IMG/VR virus record: IMGVR_UViG_3300020228_000001
Location: 1-58,468 of that record
Source of the DNA: a virus
Taxonomy: Duplodnaviria > Caudoviricetes
Strand: one strand, 5' to 3'
Length of the DNA stretch: 58,468 bases
The notes under the pieces were generated by a model, which did no database searches, was not told the origin of the DNA, and saw nothing but the letters and a program-made list of their open reading frames with translations. Both the position numbers and the translations under genes were made by a program. Positions 8,994 through 17,762 of this stretch are shown here, piece after piece. Within the stretch, counting starts at the first letter, position 1, and each line of letters starts with the position of its first letter.

Positions 8994-9947
8994 TTAAAAT
9001 GGAGTTCGTTCGCCCTGGCCTGCTATCGAGAAGCCGGTTATCTCGCCCTTCTTCACGGCATCCCATACATCTTTATCATGGATTTTTACAGCCATGACCC
9101 ATGAGCCGGACTTCACGACTTGCCCGCCACACCTGAAGTCTGTGGGCGCTATGTAGCTCTCGATGATGTCCGCCTTAGCCGGGCCTTCATGCTCTTTGTT
9201 GATCTTCTGCGAAGTCTGCATAAATTTGTGGCAAGCACGCCTTATTTCAGACTTGGAGATGCGGTCGCCCTGCAGGTCAATTGTGTCCGGCTCAGACACG
9301 ACACCGTAAACGATCTGCCGATCCCCCTTGATGATAGGCACCCGGAAGGACTTGGTTATCTTGCCGTCTTCCTCTTCTTCCTCGTCATCCTCTTTTAGGA
9401 AGTCCGGCTTGTCGTCCTCGTCTGCATCGTTAGATTTCTCGGTGTCCTCTTCATCGCAGGGCTCGTCTGCCTTCTCCATCTCGTCATCATGAGCTTCAAG
9501 GATGGCCCGGATCTGATCGATCAGCTCACCTTTGCCGCCGTCGTCATCCTTGTCGAGCCCTTCCTCTTCCGGCTCAGGCCCTTCCTCGCCCTTCTCGGTG
9601 TCGTCATCGGCCTCTTCTGCCGGGGCTTCTTCCTCTCCATCATCGCCGCCGCCGTTCTCCTGCATCCACTGCTGTAGAGCGGCCTGATGTTTCTGCTCAT
9701 CCGCATGGATTGCGGCCATGATCTCTTTCAGCTTCGGGTCTTGGATGCCTTCAAGGGCCTGGCTCAGTGCCTCCACGCCCCCGGACTCGTCGGCTAGCCG
9801 TTCCTTGACGAAATCGAGGTCAGAGCCTTCTTTCTCCAGCTCTTCCTCGCCTTCGTCTTGCATTTCTTCATCTTCATCTGGTTTCAATTTTGAACCTCCT
9901 AATCTGGGGGTGTGTAGGTCAGAATAATCGAGGGATTTTAGCACCAT
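8994..9947 (-). CDS. XkdF-like prohead serine protease with acidic N-terminal region
   Basis: IVYGVVSEP..DLQGD....EI..A.H.F ... IESYIAP ... GSWV ... VKKGEITGFSIAG motifs. Confidence 0.8.
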   Translation of the reverse strand: MVLKSLDYSDLHTPRLGGSKLKPDEDEEMQDEGEEELEKEGSDLDFVKERLADESGGVEALSQALEGIQDPKLKEIMAAIHADEQKHQAALQQWMQENGGGDDGEEEAPAEEADDDTEKGEEGPEPEEEGLDKDDDGGKGELIDQIRAILEAHDDEMEKADEPCDEEDTEKSNDADEDDKPDFLKEDDEEEEEDGKITKSFRVPIIKGDRQIVYGVVSEPDTIDLQGDRISKSEIRRACHKFMQTSQKINKEHEGPAKADIIESYIAPTDFRCGGQVVKSGSWVMAVKIHDKDVWDAVKKGEITGFSIAGQGERTPF

Positions 9948-10012
9948 TATTATCTGTTTACCGTAAACCTTAAATAGATAGCATGCCTGTTAAGTATTGG
10001 AAGTGAACTGAG

Positions 10013-10246
10013 ATGCAATATGCTGCCACGCTGAAAAACCGAGAAGTTTTGAGCCTACACAAGACCATCGCCGCCGCCCGATTGGCGGCACAAAAAAACG
10101 ATGCCGAGTACATCCGGCCTGCCGAACGCGCGCAGCCCCCGGAAAACTCCTCAGATGAATGTGATGAGATTATATATACAGACTATCTGGGGTGGTCCCT
10201 GCGAATTGATATCGGGAATAGTGGCGCATTCGTGAGTGGATTTTAG
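10013..10246 (+). CDS. Hypothetical protein (counter-oriented moron)
   Basis: 77-aa plus-strand ORF downstream of a TTAAATA box (~9970). Confidence 0.4.
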   Translation: MQYAATLKNREVLSLHKTIAAARLAAQKNDAEYIRPAERAQPPENSSDECDEIIYTDYLGWSLRIDIGNSGAFVSGF

Positions 10247-10392
10247 TGCCCCGACAAAAGAATATGGGGGCGGCTATATCCTTTCGTCTGCCTCTTGAGG
10301 AGGATTACAGCTTTCGCGAAAAAGCAAAAGTAGAAGGACTTTCGCCCGGAGAGTACGCCAGAAAACTATCCCTTGTGGCCGCTCATGCTTAA
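10246..10392 (+). CDS. Small ribbon-helix-helix-like protein
   Basis: Manual translation ..AISFRLPLEEDYSFREKAKVEGLSPGEYARKL; not in the ORF track. Confidence 0.55.
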   Translation: MPRQKNMGAAISFRLPLEEDYSFREKAKVEGLSPGEYARKLSLVAAHA

Positions 10393-11156
10393 TGGTATTC
10401 GTTCCAGGAGTTTGTAGCTCCTGGTTCATCATATAATTGTTCCCGTCTTTTCCCGGGCGTGTTCAAGTACCGTGGTTTGGAGGGGGCAGGTGTCTGCACC
10501 TCGGTCTCGCCGTAGTTCATTTCAGATTCCGGCCTTACAGGATCGTTGCGATGCTTTATTCCCCATACTTTATTGTTGGCATCATATAGCGCCTGCGCTT
10601 TGTTTTTTAATTTTTGTTTTGCCTTATCGCCAATGTCGCGCAATGCGGCATCCAGTTTGAATTCGTTGTTATTTAACTTCATTCGTTGATGTAATATTGC
10701 CTCGATCCCAGCTTCCAATTTTTGGTGTTCTGCATATATAACATCCCGCTCAGCTTCTGCCGTTGTCAATTCGTGGCGGTCTGGCCCATCCGGCTCTTTC
10801 GCGGCTTCCTGCCCTTTCGGCTTGCTCGTGTTCAGCCATCCGATCTTGTCGAGCGCACTGCCGCCACCCAGGAGCGTCTGGATGGCCTTGCCACCACCCA
10901 GGGTAGACTGCCCAGCACCCTCGGCCCGTCTGGCCTGCTGGTTCCGCTTGTGCTTGGCTCCCTGGCTTTCCTTGCCCTTCGGCTTAGGTTTAGCCGCACT
11001 TGAGCCGCCTGACCCGAACTGGCCGTTGGCCGCGTGCTCGTGACCGGAGGCATCCTTGACCTTCATGATAGCGATCTGGCCGGACTTGGATATGCCAAGA
11101 TACTCAGCACCGCTGGATCGCATGACGCCTGTGAGCGCAGGAATTTGCATTAGCAT
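10389..11156 (-). CDS. Putative virion-internal protein with N-terminal module paralogous to 15872-17758
   Basis: KVKDASGHEHAANGQFGSGG...[15 protein letters not shown] shared with the zincin-domain protein. Confidence 0.55.
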   Translation of the reverse strand: MLMQIPALTGVMRSSGAEYLGISKSGQIAIMKVKDASGHEHAANGQFGSGGSSAAKPKPKGKESQGAKHKRNQQARRAEGAGQSTLGGGKAIQTLLGGGSALDKIGWLNTSKPKGQEAAKEPDGPDRHELTTAEAERDVIYAEHQKLEAGIEAILHQRMKLNNNEFKLDAALRDIGDKAKQKLKNKAQALYDANNKVWGIKHRNDPVRPESEMNYGETEVQTPAPSKPRYLNTPGKRREQLYDEPGATNSWNEYH

Positions 11157-11398
11157 GAAACCACAACCAGAAGAGTAAAATATAAATAGATTAAATGCAA
11201 ACTATACAGTTATGCAGAAAGTGCCTTACAGGTTCCGAGGTTTCAAGCGATGGGACATCGGCCAGCAGGTCACATTAGCCGCTTTCGATCAACAGTACAG
11301 CAGAGCATCTGAGCCAAGGAGCTTCAGATCTTCCCAGTCGTCCACCAGCCCCCTGCCCCGGTAGATTGCCTCTTGCCTGGCCTGATATTCTTCTTCAG

Positions 11399-11608
11399 TC
11401 ATTCTGCGATGATCTCCACTTGTTTTGGCAGGGATATTCCTATGACCCAATCGATCCTAATGCAGTCAAATCCCAGCTCGCTTGATATGATCATGTGGTT
11501 GGCGTCATGACTCTCGATTTTGCCTTCATATAGACCATCACAATCAACGATGTTCACCCAGACATGTTGCCCTTTAGCGACTTTCAGGAATTCTGAGATG
11601 ATGGTCAC
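11399..11608 (-). CDS. Small Sm/LSm-like beta-barrel protein (tentative)
   Basis: GQHVWV....YEGKIESHD...I........I....VIGI pattern; GTGA coupling. Confidence 0.35.
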   Translation of the reverse strand: MTIISEFLKVAKGQHVWVNIVDCDGLYEGKIESHDANHMIISSELGFDCIRIDWVIGISLPKQVEIIAE

Positions 11609-11793
11609 GGCTTGGCCTTCCTTTCCTTGGTTTTGCGCCTGGGCTTTTCCGTTGTCTGCTTCCATGGTGGATATTCATGCGTTACATTTTCGATCGCGGT
11701 GTTATCAGGTAAATCGACATTCAAATCCACAATCTCTGACGAGCTGGCGCTGTAAGTCCAGGCGCCATCTGGTAGCTTGATCATTTCTTGCAT
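11605..11793 (-). CDS. Hypothetical protein
   Basis: TAATG-coupled to the minor capsid gene. Confidence 0.45.
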   Translation of the reverse strand: MQEMIKLPDGAWTYSASSSEIVDLNVDLPDNTAIENVTHEYPPWKQTTEKPRRKTKERKAKP

Positions 11794-12761
11794 TAAGTTG
11801 AGCCTCCGTAATCGATATCTAGGAGCACGTGGATGCAACGAGGATGATGCAAACCAGCATCCACCGCCGTCTTGAGTGCCGGATATTCTTTCGATCGGCC
11901 CGAAATTGACACAATTTTCCCGGCCCAATCCCTGCACGGCCCGCAGCTATTCGTCCGGACTTCTCTGCTAATCAGTGCCAAGTCACCCCCTCGCCCCAGG
12001 ATGCCGTTCATTGCACCCATGTTATAGAAATCGCGGGCTGCTGTTGTGGCGATCATCATCGCATAGTCTGCGAGCCCCAGCTCTTTCCCGTCAATGGTTT
12101 TGTGGGCAACTGGTCGTTCTCGGAGTCCTGTGTAATCGGGCTTCCTGGATGATAGATCGCCCTGGACCTTCCTCTTGGTGGCTTCGGCTATGATTTCTTC
12201 AATATGCCTGGCTAGTTGGGCATCTATTTCCCGGAAACGGTTCATCTCCTGCTGTATGAGTGCCCTGGCCGCCTTCTCGTGTGGGCCTTGTAAGCTGCCG
12301 ACCCTTGAGCCTGCTAGATATAAACCGGGCACCGAGGCCCCGAGCCATGATGCCGCCTGCATGAGCAGCTCTCTCCTGATACTGCTCGTGTGCGCCCTCA
12401 GAACGTCTGGATTTTCTAAGTTCTGGCTGATCTCTGACTGGATTGCTTTCTCGCCTCGCCGGTAGAGCAGTGCGATGGCCAGAGCGGTTTCCTTGATCCG
12501 CTTCCTGGGGTCTTTCTCCTTAGCCGTGGCCTTGACAGCCTTCTGGATCGGTGCATCTGGCAGAGCGGCTATGAGGGCTCCATGTGGCCTGCCTGACATC
12601 TTCCAGAGGAGCCGCTTCAGGGAGACGATATCATAGCCCAGCGACCGGGCCTGCCGCCAGAACTCGCTGGTGAGGAAATCAAAACGCTGCTGATCGGTGA
12701 GGAGCGGAGAGCCCGACAAGTAGCCAGTCTCTCGGATGAGCTGCAGGAGTTCTGCGTTCAT
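11793..12761 (-). CDS. Minor capsid/head morphogenesis protein (MuF-like, min_cap2 type)
   Basis: CGPC..WAGK..S.SG...YP.L.....GLHHPRC.H motif; directly downstream of the portal. Confidence 0.8.
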   Translation of the reverse strand: MNAELLQLIRETGYLSGSPLLTDQQRFDFLTSEFWRQARSLGYDIVSLKRLLWKMSGRPHGALIAALPDAPIQKAVKATAKEKDPRKRIKETALAIALLYRRGEKAIQSEISQNLENPDVLRAHTSSIRRELLMQAASWLGASVPGLYLAGSRVGSLQGPHEKAARALIQQEMNRFREIDAQLARHIEEIIAEATKRKVQGDLSSRKPDYTGLRERPVAHKTIDGKELGLADYAMMIATTAARDFYNMGAMNGILGRGGDLALISREVRTNSCGPCRDWAGKIVSISGRSKEYPALKTAVDAGLHHPRCIHVLLDIDYGGST

Positions 12762-12770
12762 ATGAGATCC

Positions 12771-14261
12771 TTAAGCAGCCTGCCCCATGATCGCATCAAG
12801 CGCGCTCTTGCCGTCGAGCAGGCTCTCGATCGGTGCATCGCCGTGCTCTGTGAGCTTTTCGTCTACATCTTGCTCTATGTAGTTGGGAAGTCCCAGGTTT
12901 GAAATGATAGTGTCCCGGATGCCTGCCTGCTTGGAGAGATCCCAGCCCGACTTTTCGAAGAGCCCCAAGATGGCAACTACGTCCTGCGTGCTGATCGGCA
13001 CAATGGGGTCATAGACCATACGAGGCTTGGGCTTGCCTTTCTCGAATTCGAATTGTGGATTTAAACGGAAGAGCTGACGAACGGCCTGTTGGTTGATGGA
13101 CTCCATGAAGGCGGTCAGAGTCGCATCTACCGCCAACGTAAAGTTATCTGTCTTGTCTCTGCTTAACGCCAGAGATCCTGTGCCCCCCATGCCCAACGCC
13201 ATGAACTCGCTCATAGTAGAGATGAGGATTGCCTTGGCTTCTGCATCTATCGCAGCAGTTATGTGCCCGATGATGTCAGCGCCCTGGGCTGGCTGCAAGA
13301 ACCCTAGTTTAATCTGTGGTTGCCCGTTCGCATCCCACACCTGGGGGGTGATGATCCACTTTTGAGCATCTTGATTGATATTTTCCATCGTATCTACTAG
13401 GCTTTGATACGAGGCCATTGCGTCTATTGCGGCCTGATCGGTTGGTGCAGCAGCGACATACTGCGGCGCATTAGCGATGTTTGAAGGCACTTCTGCCCAG
13501 GGGATGCCTGCGCCTCCTCTTTCCGCCGAAATATTTCTAAGGTCTTCCATTATTTTCTTAGTGCGCCAAGCACGCCAGGCACTGCGGAGGATTGATCTGC
13601 CTTCTGGGTTGTCTTTGCCGGGCTCTGCCCTGATGAGGATAAGCTTCTCGATTGGAATAAAGGTGGTGCGGTAATCCGGCGCAGCTATCTGAGTAAATCC
13701 CAAAAGTCTAGTAACGTCTAACGGGCTGTAATCCCAGTGCAAAATAGTATCAGGAGACCTAAAGGCAAAGTTCGCCCACCCAACCGCGCCATCGTCATAA
13801 TTTGATGAATAGCGGTCATCGTCCTGCTCACCTTCGCGGAACTTATAGATTTTCTCAAATGGTGCCAGGCCAAATTGAAGTGTTGGTTTAGCAGCAGTCG
13901 CTACAAAAGTTTGCCAGCTATGCTGCATATCATTCATATTATTTTCTAGGAACTCAAACGACCCATTATCCTTGTTTTCATCGATGACAGGATCTGCGTG
14001 CCATTTGGCCCGCCTGATGAAGACTGAGTAGGCATTGAGGGAGGCTCCGCAATAAGCATCCGTGCCCATTTCCTCATAAGCAAGAAATAGGTTCCTGCCT
14101 TGTAGCTCCGGGAGGTAATCTCGCTTGATCCAACCTGGTAAAAAATATTGTTGCCCAGACCTGCCGAATTGCTGGCGAGCCAACGCACGCGGCGAAGAAT
14201 TGAATTTTGGATAAGGATTGTAGGCGGCTTTAGCTACCTTCTTGTTATTGTCTTTAGCCAT
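12771..14261 (-). CDS. Portal protein
   Basis: 496 aa; NPEGRSILR.A...W..K, ERGG.G.P and GSLAL motifs; between terminase and minor capsid. Confidence 0.85.
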   Translation of the reverse strand: MAKDNNKKVAKAAYNPYPKFNSSPRALARQQFGRSGQQYFLPGWIKRDYLPELQGRNLFLAYEEMGTDAYCGASLNAYSVFIRRAKWHADPVIDENKDNGSFEFLENNMNDMQHSWQTFVATAAKPTLQFGLAPFEKIYKFREGEQDDDRYSSNYDDGAVGWANFAFRSPDTILHWDYSPLDVTRLLGFTQIAAPDYRTTFIPIEKLILIRAEPGKDNPEGRSILRSAWRAWRTKKIMEDLRNISAERGGAGIPWAEVPSNIANAPQYVAAAPTDQAAIDAMASYQSLVDTMENINQDAQKWIITPQVWDANGQPQIKLGFLQPAQGADIIGHITAAIDAEAKAILISTMSEFMALGMGGTGSLALSRDKTDNFTLAVDATLTAFMESINQQAVRQLFRLNPQFEFEKGKPKPRMVYDPIVPISTQDVVAILGLFEKSGWDLSKQAGIRDTIISNLGLPNYIEQDVDEKLTEHGDAPIESLLDGKSALDAIMGQAA

Positions 14262-14276
14262 TGAAAACCCCAGTAA

Positions 14277-15221
14277 CTAAATGTTTATGCCGTCTTGGAT
14301 GTACTTATCTGCCCAGTAATTTGCGAGCTTATTGAACGCCCAGTGCCGATTAAATGTTGTTTTGGCATGACATGATTTGCACAACGGCACCAACTTCCAT
14401 CCTTTGTCGCTTTTGCATCCTTGCTGCTTGTTAAAATCACAGTGATGAACGTCTAACCCCTTGCCATTTTCATTGGCCCCGCATAGATAGCACTTCCTAC
14501 CAAATGCCTCTCGGACCTGCTCCTTTAGAGATTTATTGAATTTGTGACAATAAGGTAGATACGAAATACCGCCTTTCCACGCGGGATGGTCTGCCCCAGA
14601 TACAGATTTTGGGTGCGGCTCGATATTGTTTTTTCGTATTGCATAATGGATGACAGCCGGACACAAATTCAATTTTCTAGCGCACTCTTTTATTGATAAT
14701 TTCTCTTTAACATAATTTTCCTGCAACCACACGTGGGATATGTCGGTGAGAGGCATTCCAGTAGGTTTTGCTGTGATATTGTATCGCTTAAGTGCGCGAA
14801 GAACGGCACCATTCCTACATCCAGCGATCTTTGCACATTCGGTGGATGTTAAGCCCTGGTTGACATACAGCTCAGTTAACCACTCGTCCGTGAGAACTTC
14901 GATCTTTGGCCTGGCCGGAGCCCGTGGTATTATCTGATATCGCTTTAATAAATTTCTTATAGTTGTCTGCGTGCACCCGGTTAGTGCGGCGCATTCCCAA
15001 GTTGTTAGTCCCTTATCTACATAATGTTCTTTTAACCACCCTTCTGAAATGTTTGGACATTGCGGCCCAGGGTGGCGCGTCTTGATCCCATGGCGTTTTA
15101 AGGCAGTGCATATCGTAGCATACGTGCACCCAATTAATTGCGCACAATCTTTTGATGACTTGCCTTGGTTTACATACTGCTCAATAAGGAACTCTTTTGT
15201 AATCTCAAATTTCTTGGCCGT
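14277..15221 (-). CDS. HNH endonuclease with four N-terminal HTH repeats (apparent ACG start)
   Basis: Frame is open 155 codons upstream of the ATG at 14756, adding three (W/F)L.E.YV..G.....CA...GC repeats; C-terminal CYLCG..LDVHH..N..LVPLCKSCH. Confidence 0.75.
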   Translation of the reverse strand, partial: TAKKFEITKEFLIEQYVNQGKSSKDCAQLIGCTYATICTALKRHGIKTRHPGPQCPNISEGWLKEHYVDKGLTTWECAALTGCTQTTIRNLLKRYQIIPRAPARPKIEVLTDEWLTELYVNQGLTSTECAKIAGCRNGAVLRALKRYNITAKPTGMPLTDISHVWLQENYVKEKLSIKECARKLNLCPAVIHYAIRKNNIEPHPKSVSGADHPAWKGGISYLPYCHKFNKSLKEQVREAFGRKCYLCGANENGKGLDVHHCDFNKQQGCKSDKGWKLVPLCKSCHAKTTFNRHWAFNKLANYWADKYIQDGINI

Positions 15222-15377
15222 AAATTACATCTCCTGCCATGTATTCCTGAAATCGCTTTATGCTGGCAAGACGGTCAGGAAACCGCCCCTTCAGAATCAG
15301 TGATCAGCCGATCCCTAGCCAACAGATAATGATTAGCTTAATAGCATATATACTTACCGAGTCGCTGCAAGCTGGTT

Positions 15378-15875
15378 TTAATCCTTCTTTGCCCCTTTCT
15401 TCCTATTGGTGTCGCGGCTCACCGCTCGCAGATTGCGCTTGCTGTTGCTGCCGCCGTTGCTGATCGGATTGCGATGATCAGCCTCGCGTGGATCGCCGCG
15501 CTTGAGCCCCAGCTCTGACCGGGCCGCGTTCCTCTGCGCGCGCTCCTTGATCTTGGACGGCTTGCCGTGGTACTCGCGATATTCTTTTCCATAGTCACGG
15601 GCTGCGGCTTTCTGGATGCCGTTGAGGTTGAGATAAGGGAGCTTGTCGAGGGCGGAGGGGGCCATTACTGCCGATTTTTCTGATACCAGGGGCCAGTCCC
15701 CTCCCCCGTCGTCTGGCATAATAGGATCATAAAGGATACCGTGATCGCCTGGGTATGGTTTGGTGTGGATAAATTGCCCTGAAAAGATCTTATGAGGAAT
15801 GTGATCAGGGAAAGCTTCACACGTTGCGCTCATCGTGTAACGCTTGCACCCTATGCACTGACCCGACGTGCTCAT
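15378..15875 (-). CDS. Cys-rich domain fused to a small HNH domain
   Basis: CIGC..CEAFPDHIP..I..G..H..P.PGD.GI at the N-terminus; ADHRNPISNGGSN...NLR.....N at the C-terminus. Confidence 0.65.
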   Translation of the reverse strand: MSTSGQCIGCKRYTMSATCEAFPDHIPHKIFSGQFIHTKPYPGDHGILYDPIMPDDGGGDWPLVSEKSAVMAPSALDKLPYLNLNGIQKAAARDYGKEYREYHGKPSKIKERAQRNAARSELGLKRGDPREADHRNPISNGGSNSKRNLRAVSRDTNRKKGAKKD

Positions 15876-17758
15876 TTGATCGTCCTCACGGTGTTCTGGA
15901 ATGCTTCCATAAGCTTAGGATGTACCTTCATACCACAAGTAATTGCCGATCCCAGCTCTGCGAAGAATTCTTTTTTATTCTCTGTCGCGTACTCTGTTAA
16001 TGGAATGCGCCACCCATCGACCTTGTTCATTTCTGCATTAAAGGCCTCGCCCAGGTGGTGATAATGATATACGGCGTGCATGCACTCATGGGCCTGGGTG
16101 GCATAGAGAGGATCATCTACGGCATCGGCTACGGTCCAGTGGTCTGTGTTTTTTGTGCGTTCTAGCTTTTCCTTATATTTCTTAGTCTCGTTTTCTACAT
16201 ATTCGGCGGTGTAGACCGAACGGTTTTGATACTTCGGGTCGGTCTCCATCAACTTGATGGCTTTTTCGGTCATCAAGATATTATAAGCTTGATTGCCCCT
16301 CATCTTACCAATGTCTTCTTTTTGGTATTTTTCGGGGTTTTTTGCGTAGGACTTCCGGACGCCACATGATAATATCTCCCCGCTGTGACGATTGGTGATA
16401 CACATTCCATATTCAGAGCCCGCCCGATCAACAAATCCCATCTTCCCAACGGCCACACCATACTTGCCAAGGACGTGCTCTGCACCTTTTAGCAGGGAGT
16501 TCATCCTGTGAATTGGTAAACCTTCATATGCGACCTTTGTTCCCTCTGGCACATATTTGGCCATCCTGCTCAAAGCTTCTACAGGTGTCTTTGCAGGAAC
16601 GTGTTCTGGTAGTTCTGTGACGTTGGTGTTTATCGGCCCGGTGGGTCGTTTTGCTGCTGCGGGCCTCGCCCCAGGTGGCGTTGTTTTTGGCGACTCGTGC
16701 TTGGGCTTGCCGTCTGCCCCCAGTTCGTACATGGTCTTCTCGCGACCATTCCCGCTGTCAACGAACGTTACTTTTCCCAAGTCTTCCAGGTTGTGCATTG
16801 CCTGCCGGAATTTTTCATTTCCGAACATGGCTTCTGGGACGGTGAGCGGACCGTCTTTTGCGGCTCGGTACATCACAACAGCCACGTCGTCTGCTGTGGC
16901 GGGCGTCATGATGTTGCTGCCCATCAGCACCCTGCCGCCGCCCTGGACGACAGCGACCGAGATGTTGACCTTCCCTGCCGACTTGTACCCAGTAAATGCC
17001 CCGCCGGTATTGACCTCGACCTCACCGCCATTGGCATCGGGCTCCTTTGGCCCCGGCCCGATCTCCGGCTTTGGTTCTGTTTTTGGTTCGGGTTTCTTTT
17101 CCTGTTTCGGTTCCGGCTTCGGCTCAGGTTTCGCCTCTGGCTTCTTGGGTTCTGGCTTGGGCGTCGGTTTCGGATCGGGTCTTTGTTCTGGCTTGGTTTC
17201 CGGCTTCGCTTCCGGTTTTGCTTCTGGCTTCTTAGATCCCGGCTGAGCTGCGGGTGTCCCTTGTATAACAGAATGCGGCACCCATCGAGTAACCTCTTTC
17301 CCCGATTTATCCTTATATGTCACTTTGGCGTTCGCTTCGTATATCATCTGGACGCGGGCCTTCGTGCCCTTTGGAATGCCGCCAGTTGATGTGTGGAATT
17401 CAACCTCGTCGCCGTTTTTTAGCTCCGGGGTATTCTCGGGCTTCGCTGGCTGCTTAAACCAGGGATTGTTGTCCAGGGCGCTGCCGCCGCCCAGAAGAGT
17501 CTGGATCGCCTTGCCGCTGGTGCCAGACTGCCCGGCAGCTTCCGCCCTGCGATCCAGCTTGCGTTTGGTCTTCCCCGGCTTGCCCTTCCCGGACCCACCG
17601 CCGCCGCTCGTGAACTTGCCATCGCCGGCGTGCTCGTGGCCTTCGGCGTCCTTCACCTTGCGGATGTTGAAAGCCAGATAAGGCAACCGATCCAGCGCAG
17701 ACGGCGCCATGCAGCGAGGCCGCAGGACCTTCTGCAGAGCCGGGATATTCATGATCAT
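15872..17758 (-). CDS. Multidomain virion-associated protein with C-terminal zincin-like metallopeptidase
   Basis: HECMH plus TEYA..N..EFFAE motifs; long PE/PK-rich linker; likely start at 17758. Confidence 0.65.
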   Translation of the reverse strand: MIMNIPALQKVLRPRCMAPSALDRLPYLAFNIRKVKDAEGHEHAGDGKFTSGGGGSGKGKPGKTKRKLDRRAEAAGQSGTSGKAIQTLLGGGSALDNNPWFKQPAKPENTPELKNGDEVEFHTSTGGIPKGTKARVQMIYEANAKVTYKDKSGKEVTRWVPHSVIQGTPAAQPGSKKPEAKPEAKPETKPEQRPDPKPTPKPEPKKPEAKPEPKPEPKQEKKPEPKTEPKPEIGPGPKEPDANGGEVEVNTGGAFTGYKSAGKVNISVAVVQGGGRVLMGSNIMTPATADDVAVVMYRAAKDGPLTVPEAMFGNEKFRQAMHNLEDLGKVTFVDSGNGREKTMYELGADGKPKHESPKTTPPGARPAAAKRPTGPINTNVTELPEHVPAKTPVEALSRMAKYVPEGTKVAYEGLPIHRMNSLLKGAEHVLGKYGVAVGKMGFVDRAGSEYGMCITNRHSGEILSCGVRKSYAKNPEKYQKEDIGKMRGNQAYNILMTEKAIKLMETDPKYQNRSVYTAEYVENETKKYKEKLERTKNTDHWTVADAVDDPLYATQAHECMHAVYHYHHLGEAFNAEMNKVDGWRIPLTEYATENKKEFFAELGSAITCGMKVHPKLMEAFQNTVRTIK

Positions 17759-17762
17759 GCTT

